DNA of 35,585 bases. Origin: Fonticula-like sp. SCN 57-25 (Eukaryota). Location of the stretch: the NCBI GenBank assembly GCA_001724245.1, contig MEDX01000039.1, positions 1 to 35,585 on the forward strand. Direction: 5' to 3'. Each line of letters begins with the position of its first letter. Within the stretch, counting starts at the first letter, position 1. A program made the position numbers and the translations under genes. Positions 11,087 through 22,958 of the stretch are shown in pieces. The notes beneath the pieces were generated by a model. It was given only the letters and a program-made list of their open reading frames with translations. It did no database searches and had not been told where the DNA came from.

Positions 11087-12991
11087 TTAAATTTCAGAGA
11101 TGGGCTTGTTGGCGGTCCATTTAAGTGTCCACGCCGGCGCCAGTCCGTCCTTTACAAACTGTTCCTGCTGTTTCCTGACGCGCTCAATAATCGCCTCAAC
11201 TTTGCGCACTTCTAGATCACTATCAAAGGCAAGCGCCGCCTTGACCGACAGCGACGCCAATCCCGGCCCAGTAAGGCACGCCTCTTGCAATGGGTGCTCA
11301 ACAATGACGTCATCATCGTCATATTCACTTTCGTCATTTTCAGCGTCTCTATCATCGCCGCCTTCGTCGTCGGTCCACTCGACGCCCTCTTCTTGCGTGT
11401 ACCACGTCGGCTCAACAGGGGTGAACTTTGGGTGTTTCCGAAGGAAGCGGCGCACTTGACGGGCACCCCAGGAAAGAACGCCGAGCTGGTCAGACCATGA
11501 AACCTTGTTTTCCAGCATGTATGCGCGCAAATGAAGCATGCAAACCGAGTTGAAATTGCAAGTGTCGTCATCGATGGGGACAAGGTCGCCGACGGTCAGG
11601 GAGCAAAGCATATCGCCAGACAAGTCATTGATGACGTCATAGAGATAGATAAGGCGCCAGTCTTGAAGGAGAATGCAAAGTTGATCTGAAGAAAGGGCCG
11701 AAATGCCAGTACCATCTATTAGAAGTTTGTCAAGTGCGGCCAAGCGTTCAGTTTCGTCGGTGGTAGCGTGTCCAAGAGCGACCTTTGATCGAAGGGAAGG
11801 GTCAAAGAGCATTACGTCACCATCGCGGCCTACTGCAAGCAGTCCACTTGAGGGATGATACGTGCCATGTGCTTCATCCTAGCGATGAAAGACATACTGT
11901 TAACAACAAAATAAAAACAGTTTGATACACGCAGTATCGCTTAACAAACAATAAAATATACACGTCCAAACACGTCTGCTTTGTCGTACCATTAAAGGAA
12001 CGCAGAGAGCGCCGTCCAATGTGCCGGTTTCGGTGGACCATACTTGTATTGATCCGTTCGATGTCACAGTCACGACGTACTTGTCATTCGCAGTAAACGC
12101 GCACGACGTGACGGTATCTCGTACAATTGACGTGTCGGGAAAAAGGCAGAAATCACCCACGTTTGGTTTGCCTTCTTTAATTTCAACGTCTGCAGCAAGT
12201 GCGAAAAACGTGCTGGCCGCCAAGAACGCCTGTCCATTGCTAGAGAACGATACATCGTACGCCTACCAAGCAGAGTGTGAGTGCACCAAAGGGGTATTCG
12301 CAGAAAAGCGCACGTCTGGAAGGTCGCTGGAATTGAGACTGTCATATGTGGTCGTCTCGTTTGGATGTGCGTTGAATGCAAAGACAACTTCGCCGATAGC
12401 GAGCAGCTGTCCGTCTGGAGAGAACCGCATAGGAACAGGGGCATGGAGGTCAGCAAATAGCTGCAGCTTTTCTTCCTTGAGAACGGTATAGTCGGCGTTT
12501 ACGTCTAGCAAGTAAAGGGTCGGGCGAGCGAGTACCGCCAGTGTGGCGCCAGAGGGATGGAACGCACAACCGTGAAGCTATCGGCGCAGTCAGCGACAGA
12601 GACGCAATACCGAGACACGTACCCCGATCGCGTTTCCGTCGCGTGCCATTACTGAGCGGTGCAACATTTTGCCGTCAGAAGTGAAAGCCGCAACGATCAA
12701 TTGTGAAGGTCCCATGTCGTGCATTGGGCTGCACGCCGTCACAGCGAAGCGCGTTCCGTCCGGCGCCCACGAAAGGCCGCTCGCCGTGGTGTCGTTCGGG
12801 AGCGGGATGTCGTAGACGACGGCGGCGGTACTCGTTTCCCAGATGCGAACGACATTCCTCGAGCGCCAAGCGCAGGCTAAATACTGGCCGCTCGGGCTGA
12901 ATGCAAACAGACGCACCGACGAGCGTCCAACAAACTCGTCGCCAATGGGCAGCTTGCGGATCTCGCTCCAGGCCGGGGCGACGGCGGACAT
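11087..12991 (-). CDS. WD40-repeat protein with two C-terminal SAM-like segments; exons 12991-12623, 12577-12314, 12262-11990, 11878-11087
   Basis: WD blades FAFSPSGQYLA, LSWAPDGTRFA, CAFHPSG, RFSPDGQLLA, VSFSSNG, CAFTANDKYVV and YHPSSGLLAV. SAM-like LSSDQLCILL..LSGDMLCSLTVGDL and SWGARQVRRFL..LTGPGLASLS. Three phase-0 introns. Confidence 0.8.
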
Positions 12992-13388
12992 TCCCTGACG
13001 ATTACTCGGAAACACGCGGGCGAGCTTTGGGCGAAAAAGAAGAACAAAGGGGATACGTTAGCGATGGCAATCGAGCAAGTCCAGGCAGCATGCGCACTCA
13101 GGTGCGGCTCGGGTGTCAACAGGCGAGGGAAACCCCGCTGCTGCCCCTGCGGCCAGGGGACTTTCAGAGTGCAATTCGACTCTATCGTTGCCAATCCTCT
13201 CATATTGTAGGCGAGATTTCTCTACTCGAATAAAAGCGACTTAAGACGATTTTTACAATCAATTAATCAGGAGAGGAATCCGCCACATTGAAGACATTTT
13301 ACTGACCACATCGCCGCTTAGCGCATACTTGTGGCTCCTATTCCAACTCATATATATATTCAAAATGTACAAGCGCGCGTTCGCGCGT

Positions 13389-15186
13389 CTATTCCGCGGC
13401 TTGCGCGGCCGCGATCTGCTGCCTCGCCGCCTTGATCGCCGCCGCCTTGCCCGCCCGCCGCACCCTCACCTCCTCAGCACCTACGTGGTCCGCCGCTCCC
13501 CTCGCGTAGTTGAACGCCCAAAAGTCAAACAGCGCGAGCGTCTCTGCCGCGTGGATGGCGCTCGTCTCGCTTGCGTCAAACAGCGGGTTGACAAACGCGC
13601 GCTTCTCTGCGCGCAGCGTCGCGACGGCGTCCCAGATGCACGCCGTCCGCCCGTCGGCCTTTGCGGCGGCGCGCTCGGCAGCCGAGTCAAAGAGAAAGTC
13701 GCCAAAGGCGCCCGACCGCGCGTGGTCGGCGACAAAAAGAAGCAGCGAATCGTCGTACTCGAACGCGCGCGGGTTGGCGCGGACCAGCTGGTGGAGCGCG
13801 TCACAAAATACGAGGAAGGCGGCGCCGAGCGCGCGGCCGCTCTTCTTTGCCCACGCGTGCCGCGTGCCAAAGGGGAAGCCGTGACTGAAAGCACGAGTTA
13901 GAAGATGCAAGTGTGTCAGCAAATGCGTACGAGAGCCACTCCTTTTGGATGAGCACCGCGAGGCCGTTGATAGTGCGGTAGTACGGGTCGACGAGCACCT
14001 GCGCGAGCGACGCAATGATGCACGCGCGGTCGGGCGACGCGTCCTCTTGCACCAGCAACACTGACGTCTATCCACATGATCAGCAAAAGAAAATTTAGAG
14101 AAGAGATTCGCACCTTGGCTGTGAGGAGGTCGGCGACACGGTTGGCCGCGGCGAGGAAGCGCGTGACTGTAAGCGGCCACTTTGACGCGTCGAGGTCGGT
14201 AAAGAAGCGCGTATCGTCCTTGCTTGTCGGCTGCAGGCAGAGCGTGCTGAGTGCGGACCACGCGGCGGCGATGCGGTCGACGCTCGGCACCTTGACGCTG
14301 AGCGAAGCGAGTGGGACGTCGGCGCCGCCCAAGGGAACGCTGCCTTCGGGGTGCGCCTCGAGCGAGAGCGCCGCCCAGGGACCATTGCCAAGGGCGCCGA
14401 GGTACGCGCGGCCGGCCGCTCGTCCAATGGGTGTGTCGCTGTCGGTGAAGCGTCCGCTACGGACGAGCAGGGATTGGTCCGACCCCCACGCGAGGGCAGG
14501 GAGACGGTGCGCGGAAAATGACTTTGCCGCGTTGACGGCGGCGCTGTCCTCCACGGCCGCGGGGACAATGAGCGCGGGACCATACGCGGGACACACTGCA
14601 AACGCGCTGTTCACCGCAGAGACGCGCCACGCGCCGCTCGAGGTCCGCCACCGCGCCAGCTCGGCCGACGCATCATAGACGGCGCCCCGATGCGAGGGCG
14701 ATGGGCGATAGTCAAACGCAAAGAGACGCTCGACGTTACCGGAAAAGGCGTATTGCGAGAGACTGTCGAGAAACGTGTCCGTGGCGCCCCGCGGCTCATC
14801 GGACAGAGTAAAGATGATGCGCTGCAGATCAGACGTCTGAAGCGAGAGCGTAAAGACGCCCTTGTCGCGGGACGACTTTATGGAAGAAATGTGCGCGAGG
14901 GCAGTGCTACAAAGATCCGGCAGGTGGGGAATAAAACCAAGGGGCTGAAAGAGGCGCGTCAGAGAACAGATCTCAGGGGATGCCGAGGCCGTACGGAGCG
15001 CTGCGATCCGGCAGGCACAAATATTAGACGGTAGTTGGTGAGCCAAAGGTTTCCGGTAGCAACCGTGTCTGTGGCGTTCGGAAGCCACCGTGTACAATTC
15101 TCCACCATACGAAGCGTCACTTCGCCATTCTCGACATCGGCGGCGGTGAACGAGGCCGCCGGCGCGCCCTTGTTCTTTGGCGCCAT
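13389..15186 (-). CDS. Myotubularin-related protein, predicted catalytically inactive; exons 15186-14995, 14944-14114, 14067-13931, 13884-13389
   Basis: PH-GRAM GNLWLTNYRLIF; LFAFDY, WRVSAVN..VCPAYG, LAQVLVDPYYRTINGLAVLIQKEWLSHGFPF, QLVRANPRAFEY and FGDFLFDSAAER. The HCSDGWDR position reads QEDASPDR. Confidence 0.9.
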
Positions 15187-15471
15187 CGCTGCTCGGGTTT
15201 ACCCAAACGGCCACGTGGTCAAGCGGATGAATGTTGAGTGTGATGGACGAGAGTAAGATGTAGCACCATGCTTGCGAATTCAGGCGGTATACTTTCCAAA
15301 TGCAAAGAGAATGGACAATAGCTGTGGTAGTATGACACAGTATAGGCTGAGCTCTATGGTATAGCAGTCGCTTCTGTGTGCCTGCTCTCTCAGTCCTCAC
15401 TATTCATACTCTTGATTGGACGGCACAAACTAGCAAATTGTTCCTTTTTCACCGATTGTGTCATCCTCGAC

Positions 15472-16559
15472 ATGCTGCGGGTCGGCGCTACGGCGATGCG
15501 GGCGGCCGTCCAGGTCCCCTTTTCTCACCCCGCGCGCCTTCTCATGGCCCGCTCGATGAGCTCCTTTTCGTCAAACAACATTGTGCGCGACCGCCCGCTT
15601 CCCGTCAACACCATCGTCAAGTTTGTCCCTCAGCAGGAGGTGTGGATCGTGGAGCGCTTTGGCAAGTTCCACCGCATGCTCAAGCCCGGCCTCAATGTTC
15701 TCCTGCCCTTTATTGATCGCATCTCGTATGTGCAGTCGCTCAAGGAGATCGTGATTGAGATCCCGACGCAGGCGGCCATCAGTAATGGTACGAAAAAGGC
15801 CGCGTGATCCTCTGTGCTGACACATGATGTCTAGACAATGTGGCGCTTCACCTGGACGGCGTGTTGTACCTTCGTGTTGACGATCCGTACAAGGCCTCGT
15901 ATGGGGTTGAGGACACTGAGTATGCCGTCGCTCAGCTTGCGCAGACGACGATGCGCTCTGAAATCGGCAAGCTTAATCTCGACAACACGTTCAAGGAGCG
16001 CGATCGCCTCAATCACGCGATTGTGAGCGCCATGAATGATGCGTCATCGGCGTGGGGCGTGACGTGTCTCCGCTACGAGATCCGCGACGTGACGCTTCCC
16101 GATGACATGATGAAGGCGATGCAGATGCAGGCGTCGGCCGAGCGCCGCAAGCGCGCGCAGATTCTCGACTCTGAAGGTTCGCGCCAGGCCGAGATCAACA
16201 TCGCCGAGGGTCGCCGCCAGGCGGTCGTGCTCGCGTCCGAGGCCAAAATGCTCGAGACGACCAACTTGGCAAAGGGTGAGGCGGCGGCGATCGAGGCGCG
16301 TGCGAGCGCCACGGCGCAGTCGGTCTCGCGGATCAGCGAGGCGCTCCGCACTGCCGGCGATCAGGGCACGCAGGCAATGTCGCTCAGCGTCGCCGAGCGC
16401 TACGTCGACGCGTTCGGGCAGCTCGCAAAGTCGAGCACGACAATGCTGCTCCCGAGCAACGCGGGCGACCCGGCCGCCATGGTCGCGCAGGCAATGGCCG
16501 TAGTCACACAGATCAACAAGACCAACTCGGCACAGGCGGCCGACAGCAAAAAGAACTAA
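15472..16559 (+). CDS. STOML2: Stomatin-like protein 2 (SPFH/Band 7), mitochondrial; exons 15472-15787, 15835-16559
   Basis: Presequence; FVPQQEVWIVERFGKF, DPYKASYGVED, QLAQTTMRSEIG, WGVTCLRYEIRD and AERRKRA. 47-nt intron 15788-15834. Confidence 0.95.
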
Positions 16560-16853
16560 TACCCAATGAACAAATGGCGATGATATTTCACCTCCTCTCT
16601 CACTCTCTTTCCCCCTCTCTGTTTTGGTATCGCAATAAAATGCACGTTATTCGAATACTTTGTGGAGTCACACATCGTGGTGCATACATTTTTAGCCTCA
16701 TGTTTCGATTTAAAACATTCCCTAAACCACGTTTCACACGTTCAAAAAAGTCCTTTCCGCTTAATTGTTTAATATAATTCTCATTTCTTATACATCGTGA
16801 TTCTGGATATGTACAACGCAAAAACGGGGCCATTTGTACATGTTTTTTTGCAC

Positions 16854-17900
16854 CTACTTGCGGCCTCCCTTCTTGTTCTTCTTGCTGCCCTTGTTTGGCT
16901 GCTTCTTCTTCTTTGTCCCCTGGAGCGACAGGTCGTCCTCGTCGTCGCTGTAGTCGTCCGCCATGGCGGCCCTCCGCTGCGCGAGCTGGCTCGCGTTGAA
17001 CCCGCTCCCGGCGAGCTCGTGCTCGGTGCCGGCCACCTCGACCTCGCTGCCGTACCCGGGCGCCCAGGGCAGCAGCGGGTCCTCGTAGGGGTTGCGGTCG
17101 ACCGTAGCAATGCTGCGGTCCACAAAGAAGAAGTGCGACGAGCGCGGCGGGTTGACCGCCGGCGGATCGAGGCGCTCGGCCGGAGCGTCGCGGTCCTCGG
17201 TAAGGCCCTTTTCGTCGGCCTCGGCGATCTCCTGCGCGCGGCGGAGCGCCTCGGCAGTGACACTGCGGCCAGCCTTGCGGTTGGCGCGCGCCACGCGCTC
17301 GGCGGCGTAGAGCTGCTCCATCGAGCGAAGGCTCGGCATGAGCGTCCGCAGGCCGCGGTTGTAGCCCGTGCGGCGGACAAGCGCCGTCCGGAGATACTCG
17401 TCAATGTTCTCGCGCGTCACAAAGTCTTGGCTCATCTGATCGAGGCGGCGCACGTTAAGGAGCGTGATCTCGCGCATGTCCTGCTCGCGGCGAAGCCGCC
17501 TCTCGGCGCGCTCCGCGGTGATCTTAGCCTTGGCGGCGGCTTGAACGGCGCGCTCGGCATTGAGGCGGGCGGCCTTTTCGAGGCGAACGGCCTCGCGGGC
17601 GGCGCGCTTCTCATCCTCGCGCGCGTGAAGAGTCGCCTGCTCGGCAGAGTCCTGCGCCTCGCGCGCCTTGCGCGACTCCTCCACCTCAACGACATAGAGG
17701 CGGCGGAGCTGCTTCATGGCATGCGAGTACGACTGATCGCGCACGTTGTCGTTCGTGGGGACATACGGGCCCGACTGGATCGACTGAGCAAGGTTCATAG
17801 CGGTGCGCTCGACAATCTCCGAGTGGAGACGCGCCAGCGGAAGTGCCGCGGATGCCGCCGGCAGCGGCACCCGCAGGCCCGACCCCAGCGTGCGCAGCAT
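16854..17900 (-). CDS. Putative mitochondrial coiled-coil protein resembling mitoribosomal mS26, with a long C-terminal extension
   Basis: Presequence-like MLRTLGSGLR, an E/R/A-rich helix, and DFVTRENIDEYLRTALVRRTGYN, which resembles the MRPS26 C-terminal FITRENL..AL..YN motif as I recall it. Confidence 0.6.
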   Translation of the reverse strand: MLRTLGSGLRVPLPAASAALPLARLHSEIVERTAMNLAQSIQSGPYVPTNDNVRDQSYSHAMKQLRRLYVVEVEESRKAREAQDSAEQATLHAREDEKRAAREAVRLEKAARLNAERAVQAAAKAKITAERAERRLRREQDMREITLLNVRRLDQMSQDFVTRENIDEYLRTALVRRTGYNRGLRTLMPSLRSMEQLYAAERVARANRKAGRSVTAEALRRAQEIAEADEKGLTEDRDAPAERLDPPAVNPPRSSHFFFVDRSIATVDRNPYEDPLLPWAPGYGSEVEVAGTEHELAGSGFNASQLAQRRAAMADDYSDDEDDLSLQGTKKKKQPNKGSKKNKKGGRK

Positions 17901-18499
17901 CGTGGGCCCCCCGAACAAGGAAAAACGAAAGAAAGATTTGGTGTAAAGATCAAAGGTAATTCACAAGAGAAGTCTACGGTAATCTTTGGAGCAGTATGAT
18001 TGGTGGATTGCGCCGGTCAACCGTTTTCATTGGCCGGCCACCTGAAACGTGCATCACAATGTTGCAGCACGCTTGTCGCGTACCACACATTCCATCGAGC
18101 CAGATTCAAACCCGGCGGAAGGGTATAGTCAAAGTTTTATGGAATGGAACGAAATGGACACATGCTATAGTTTTGGACGACCAGACGTTACGTTAAACGT
18201 ACTGGGATATAAAATTGTGTCAATTGAAGTGACCAATTTACCAAGTGTCCAAGCAGAGATGCCCGAATGGCGTGTAAAGATGCCTTGATCTGAATCTGGG
18301 CGGTTACGCGAAAAGTGATGGTATAATAATTCCTCCGCTCTGATTCATACCAGGACTACGTGTTTGTTTCTTCCCCTTCTTGCGGCCGCCGCGAGATTTT
18401 TTCCCCACTTTACCTCCCTCATCGATCTTGTTTCCGTCTGGTTGAGTTTAACAGCTCGACGCGAATTGTTTGGCGAAACACTTACTGTGCCTGGTAGAC

Positions 18500-21400
18500 A
18501 TGGCGACAGGTGCGAAAATTTCCTTTTCCCTTTTTTTTCCTTTCCACCCCCTGGGTATTGTTTTCTTTCCCCATCGTGCTGACGCGACGGTGTAGTTTTG
18601 GACGACGCCCAGGATGGCCGCCGCGATGCGGATGCCATGGACTCTGAGCGCCGCCACCGCATCGCGCACGAATACCTTGTGCGCATCGGTGAGGCCAAGG
18701 AGTGGATCGAGGCGTGCATCGACGAGGATCTGCCCCCGGTCGTCGATATGGAGGACGCCCTCACCAACGGTGTCTACCTCGCCAAGCTCGCTCGCTTCTT
18801 TGCCCCCAAGAGCGTCAAGAAGATTTACGACGAGAAGCAGGAGCAGCCGCTCAACCTGCGTCACTCGGACAACTTCAACTCTTTCCGCGTTGCCTCCCTC
18901 AAGGCCGGCCTTCCCCTGGTACGCCCACGCGCATTCCTTTGATCGACGTTTGTCTAACGCTGCGCAGACGTACTTTTTCGAGCTCACGGATCTGTACGAC
19001 AAGAAGAACATGCCGCGCGTGATTTACATGCTCCACGCCCTGAGTCACTTCCTCGCCAAGAAGGGCATCGCTCCCAGGATCAACAACCTCATGGGCCAGC
19101 TCTTCTTCACTGGTACGACCACGCTGCATTTTATCATTTTTTTCTGACACACCATGTACAGATGAGGAGCTTGAGCAGGCGTCGCGCAACCTTGGTAACC
19201 TGCAGATGCCGTCGTTCGGCGACCTCAACGCGTCGCTCGACCGCGAGCTCGGCGAGCCGACCACCGAGAACGAGCGCATTCGCCGCGAAGTTCGCGAGAG
19301 CCAGGCTTCGTACGAGGGCCGCGTGGCCGCTCTCCTCGAGTGGGCCCGCCAGGCCACCGAGCAGGTGTCCCAGCCCGTCTCGTCGACGATGACCTTTGCC
19401 GCCCTCACGCAGGCGCGCGCCGCCCACGACGAGTTTGTCAAGTCGGATTACACGCCGCACAGCTCGGAGAAGGATCAGCTGCTCGCGATCTACAACGAGA
19501 TCAATGAAAAGCTCAAGTCGCACGACATGGGCGAGTACGAGGTCGGCGAGATGTTCTCCCCGGCCAACATTACCAAGGTGTGGGGCGATCTCGACAGCGC
19601 CATTGCTGCTCGCCTCGCCGCCCTCGACTACAACTCGCGCCGCTTCAAGTATGACAAGGAGGCTGGCGAGCACGTTGACTGGCTCGGCGAGGCCACCGCG
19701 CAGCAGAACACGCGCGAGTTTGTCGGCCAGTCGTCGCGCGACGTCAACGCCGAGATCGAGAAGCAGGCCGCCTTTGCCTCTGGCGAGAAGGCCACGCGCA
19801 GCGGTCACCGCGACCAGCTCGCGTCCGACATTGCGTCGCTCCGCTCGGACTCTTCCTACACTGCCCCCGCCGGCCGCTCCGACGAGGACATTAAGAAGCT
19901 CTGGGCCGATCTTGAGGCCGCCGAGGCGAGCCGCAACGCCGAGCTCCAGCGCCAGCTCGAGTTTGCCAACCGCCGCGAGGCGTTTGAGGGCAAGTCGGAG
20001 GCTCTCGGCGAAAAGTTCCGTCTCCAGGCCCAGGCCTACGACGACCGCTCGTTCCCCGAGGACCTCGAGGCCATCAACGCGCTCATCGCCGGCCTCCCCG
20101 CCGAGCGCAGCAAGGTTGCTGCCCAGCGCGGCGAGATTGACTCGCTCCGTGGCGAGTATGACGGCATCAACAATGACTTCAAGTACATTGCGCCGATCGG
20201 CCGCAGCATCAGCGACGTTGAGGAGCTCTACGCTCAGATCGAGCGCGCCATTGACAACCGTCAGCGCGCCCTCGAGGAGAAGAAGCGCATGCTCGACGAC
20301 GCCGCTCGCGCCAAGCACTTCCGCGACAACGAGACCTCGATTGAGCAGCTGCAGGCCAACCTCCGCGGCTGGCTCGGCCGCAAGCACCACGCCGAGCGCC
20401 TTGCGCTCCTGCGCGAGAAGGAGGAGCTCTGGGAGAAGATCCAGGCTATTGCGCGCGGTAACGCCGTTCGCCGCCGCATCCGCGACATGAAGAGCCACTA
20501 CGCCGCGAATGTCGACAAGGTGATCAAGGCTCAGGCCGTTGTCCGCGGCCACCTTGCCCGCGAGCACTACAAGATGCTCACGAGCCGCGACAACCCGCCG
20601 GTCGACACTGTCCAGCGCTTCCTGTACCTGCTCGACGAGAGCGAGAAGGACTTTGACGAGGAGCTCGAGCTCGAGCGCCTCAAGTACCTCGTGGTGACCA
20701 ACATTCGCGAGAACGACAAGCGCGAGGTTGAGCTCAACCACCTCGACATTAAGATTGCGCTCCTTATTCGCAACCGCTCGTCGCTCGATGAGATTGTCGA
20801 GTCGACCAAGAAGTACCTCAAGCAGCAGAAGAAGGCCGAGGCCGCCGACTCGAACAACCTCAAGGTGCTCGACAAGGATGCCCGCCAGCGCCTCGAGAGC
20901 TACCAGCACCTGTTTTACCTGCTGCAGACGGAGCCCAAGTACCTTGCCAAGGTCATGACCGAGCTCGCCACCAAGGAGACCAACATCAAGTTCCTCGAGA
21001 CGGTCGTCCTGACCCTCTATGGCTATGCCCAGAACGTGCGCGAGGAGTACCTCCTCCTCAAGCTGTTCCAGAACGCGCTCCACGAGGAGATGCTCAACGT
21101 CACCGACGAGCAGGACATTCTCCGCGGCAACCCCGTGTTCATCAAGCTTGTCGTGCACTACACGCGTGGTGCCCGCGAGCGTCAGTTCCTGCGCGAGCTG
21201 CTGCAGCCGCTCGTCCTTGAGGTGCTCGACCGCGACGACCTCGACCTTGACGTCGACCCGCTCTCGATCTACCGCATGCTTATTCGCGAGGAGGAGTCGC
21301 GCTCTGGTGAGAAGAGCACCAAGCCGTACGATGTGTCGCGCTCGCAGGCCGTCGAGAGCGAGGAGGTGATGAAGATTTTCGTCAAGCGCCTCAAGGACCT

Positions 21401-22958
21401 TCGCGGCATGACGGACAAGTTCCTGTCCGCCATCATTGCCTCGCTCCCCCGCATGCCCTACGGCATCCGTTACATTGCGCGCGAGCTGTACGCGGCGCTC
21501 AAGATCCGCTTCCCGAACCAGACAGACGAGAGCGTGTTCATCAAGATTGTGGGTCACCTCATCTACTACCGTTACATGAACCCCGCGATTGTCGCGCCCG
21601 AAGGCTTTGACGTTATCGAGACTGTCATTACCTCGCAGCAGCGTAAGAACCTCGGTGAGATCTCCAAGATGCTCCTGCAGGTTTCCGTGAACCGCCTCTT
21701 TGACGACGAGTCGTTCCACCTCTCGGCGCTCAACGAGTTCATCACGTCGGCGAACGCGCGCTTCATGCAGTTCTTCCGCGAGGTCAGCGACGTGCCGTCG
21801 GCCGAGGACCACTTCCAGATCGACCGCTACGACGACTTCCTCAAGATCAGCAAGCCGACCGTGTACCTTGCCCAGGACGAAATCTACCGCGTGCACGCCC
21901 TCATGGACGAGTACAAGGAGAGCATCACGGCGGACGAGTCTGACCCGCTCCGCGTGATTCTTACCGAGCTCGGCCCGCCGCCGCCGCCGTCGGTGGAGGG
22001 CACCGGCCACGGCCCCGAAATCACGCTCACGCTGACGAACCGTTTCTCTGACGACGGCTCTGAGGAGGAGCAGCGCGTCAAGACGACCTTTGTGCAGACC
22101 AAGCGCTACTGCCTGTCGATCCTTCGCCTGCAAAAGGGCAAGAACCTGCGCGAGATCCTCGAGGCGCCGGTGACTGCCGAGCAGGAGAAGCTGTACGAGA
22201 TGCAGCAGGAGCACGAGAGCTCGCTTCGCCGCGCCCGCTCGACGCGCGCCGGCGGCATCAAGAAGAGCGAGTCGCAGCATGACGTGACGCAGCTGTCGCT
22301 CAAGGACCTGAAGCAGAAGGCGCTCGACAACATTAACGTGCTTGTTGAGGCCAAGGCTGTTTCGCGCGAGAACAACTACCAGGGCCTGCTCAACGACATT
22401 GCCAAGGACATGCGCAACAAGAACCGCCGCCGCATCCAGCGCCGCGCCGAGCTCATCAAGGTCCGCCAGACGCTTGCTCACCTCGAGGAGAAGACGACGT
22501 ACCTCGAGTCGCAGAAGCAGTCGTACCAGGATTACGTCAACTCGTGCATTGGCACGATGCGCGACAAGGGCAAGAAGAGCAAGCGCCGCACTGTGCTGCC
22601 GTTCACGACGCAGTTCTACCACGTGCAAAAGATGAAGCGCGAGGGCAAGGTGTTTGCGTTTGGCTCGTACTCGTACACGGCCGAGCGCCTCTTCCAGAAG
22701 GGCGTCCTCGTCGAGCTCGAGGGCATCCCCGAGAGCCAGCGCAGCCGCGTGTCGCTCACCATCTCGTCCGACGAGATTGGCGTCTTCAACATTGAGGGCA
22801 AGTTCCTCGGCATGTCGGTCGACCAGGGCACCGAGATCAGGCTCGACGACCTCTTGCAGAAGCAGTTTGACAACATCCAGATCATGAACCTCGGCATCGC
22901 AAAGGTCAACGTCAACCTGCTCATCTTTTTGATCAACAAAAAGTTCTTCCAGCAGTGA
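18500..22958 (+). CDS. IQGAP: IQGAP family protein (CH - spectrin-like repeats - 3 IQ - GRD - RasGAP_C); exons 18500-18509, 18596-18918, 18968-19112, 19162-22958
   Basis: HEYLVRIGEAKEWIE, NGVYLAKL, DLYDKKNMPRVIYMLHALS, IQ motifs LQANLRG/IQAIARG/AQAVVRG, YQHLFYLLQTEPKYL, YYRYMNPAIVAPE and the C-terminal KVNVNLLIFLINKKF. The 10-nt first exon is inferred from splice signals. Confidence 0.95.

Noticed and set aside
12263-12265. In-frame TAG within the WD40 gene (also at 11879-11881), suggesting readthrough or a variant genetic code
   Set aside because: Both are 3' splice acceptors of phase-0 introns (12263-12313, 11879-11989). TAG and TAA end conserved genes normally elsewhere in the window.
13130-13185. 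RNase MRP (GAAAGTCCCC) or U1 (ATTGCAC) snRNA on the minus strand
   Set aside because: No downstream complementary CR-V/P4 strand or GARAR loop, and no U1 5' end or Sm site.
5382-16559. Functional cluster of lipid/membrane genes (PH, GRAM-VASt, MTMR, stomatin)
   Set aside because: They act in different compartments, are interleaved with unrelated genes and share no evident regulatory motif; chance is sufficient.
19134-22628. 1164-aa antisense ORF over IQGAP (similar cases: 3670-4698, 16797-17999, 26407-27246)
   Set aside because: Strong C/G third-position bias on the sense strand removes antisense stops; the translations have no recognisable motifs.
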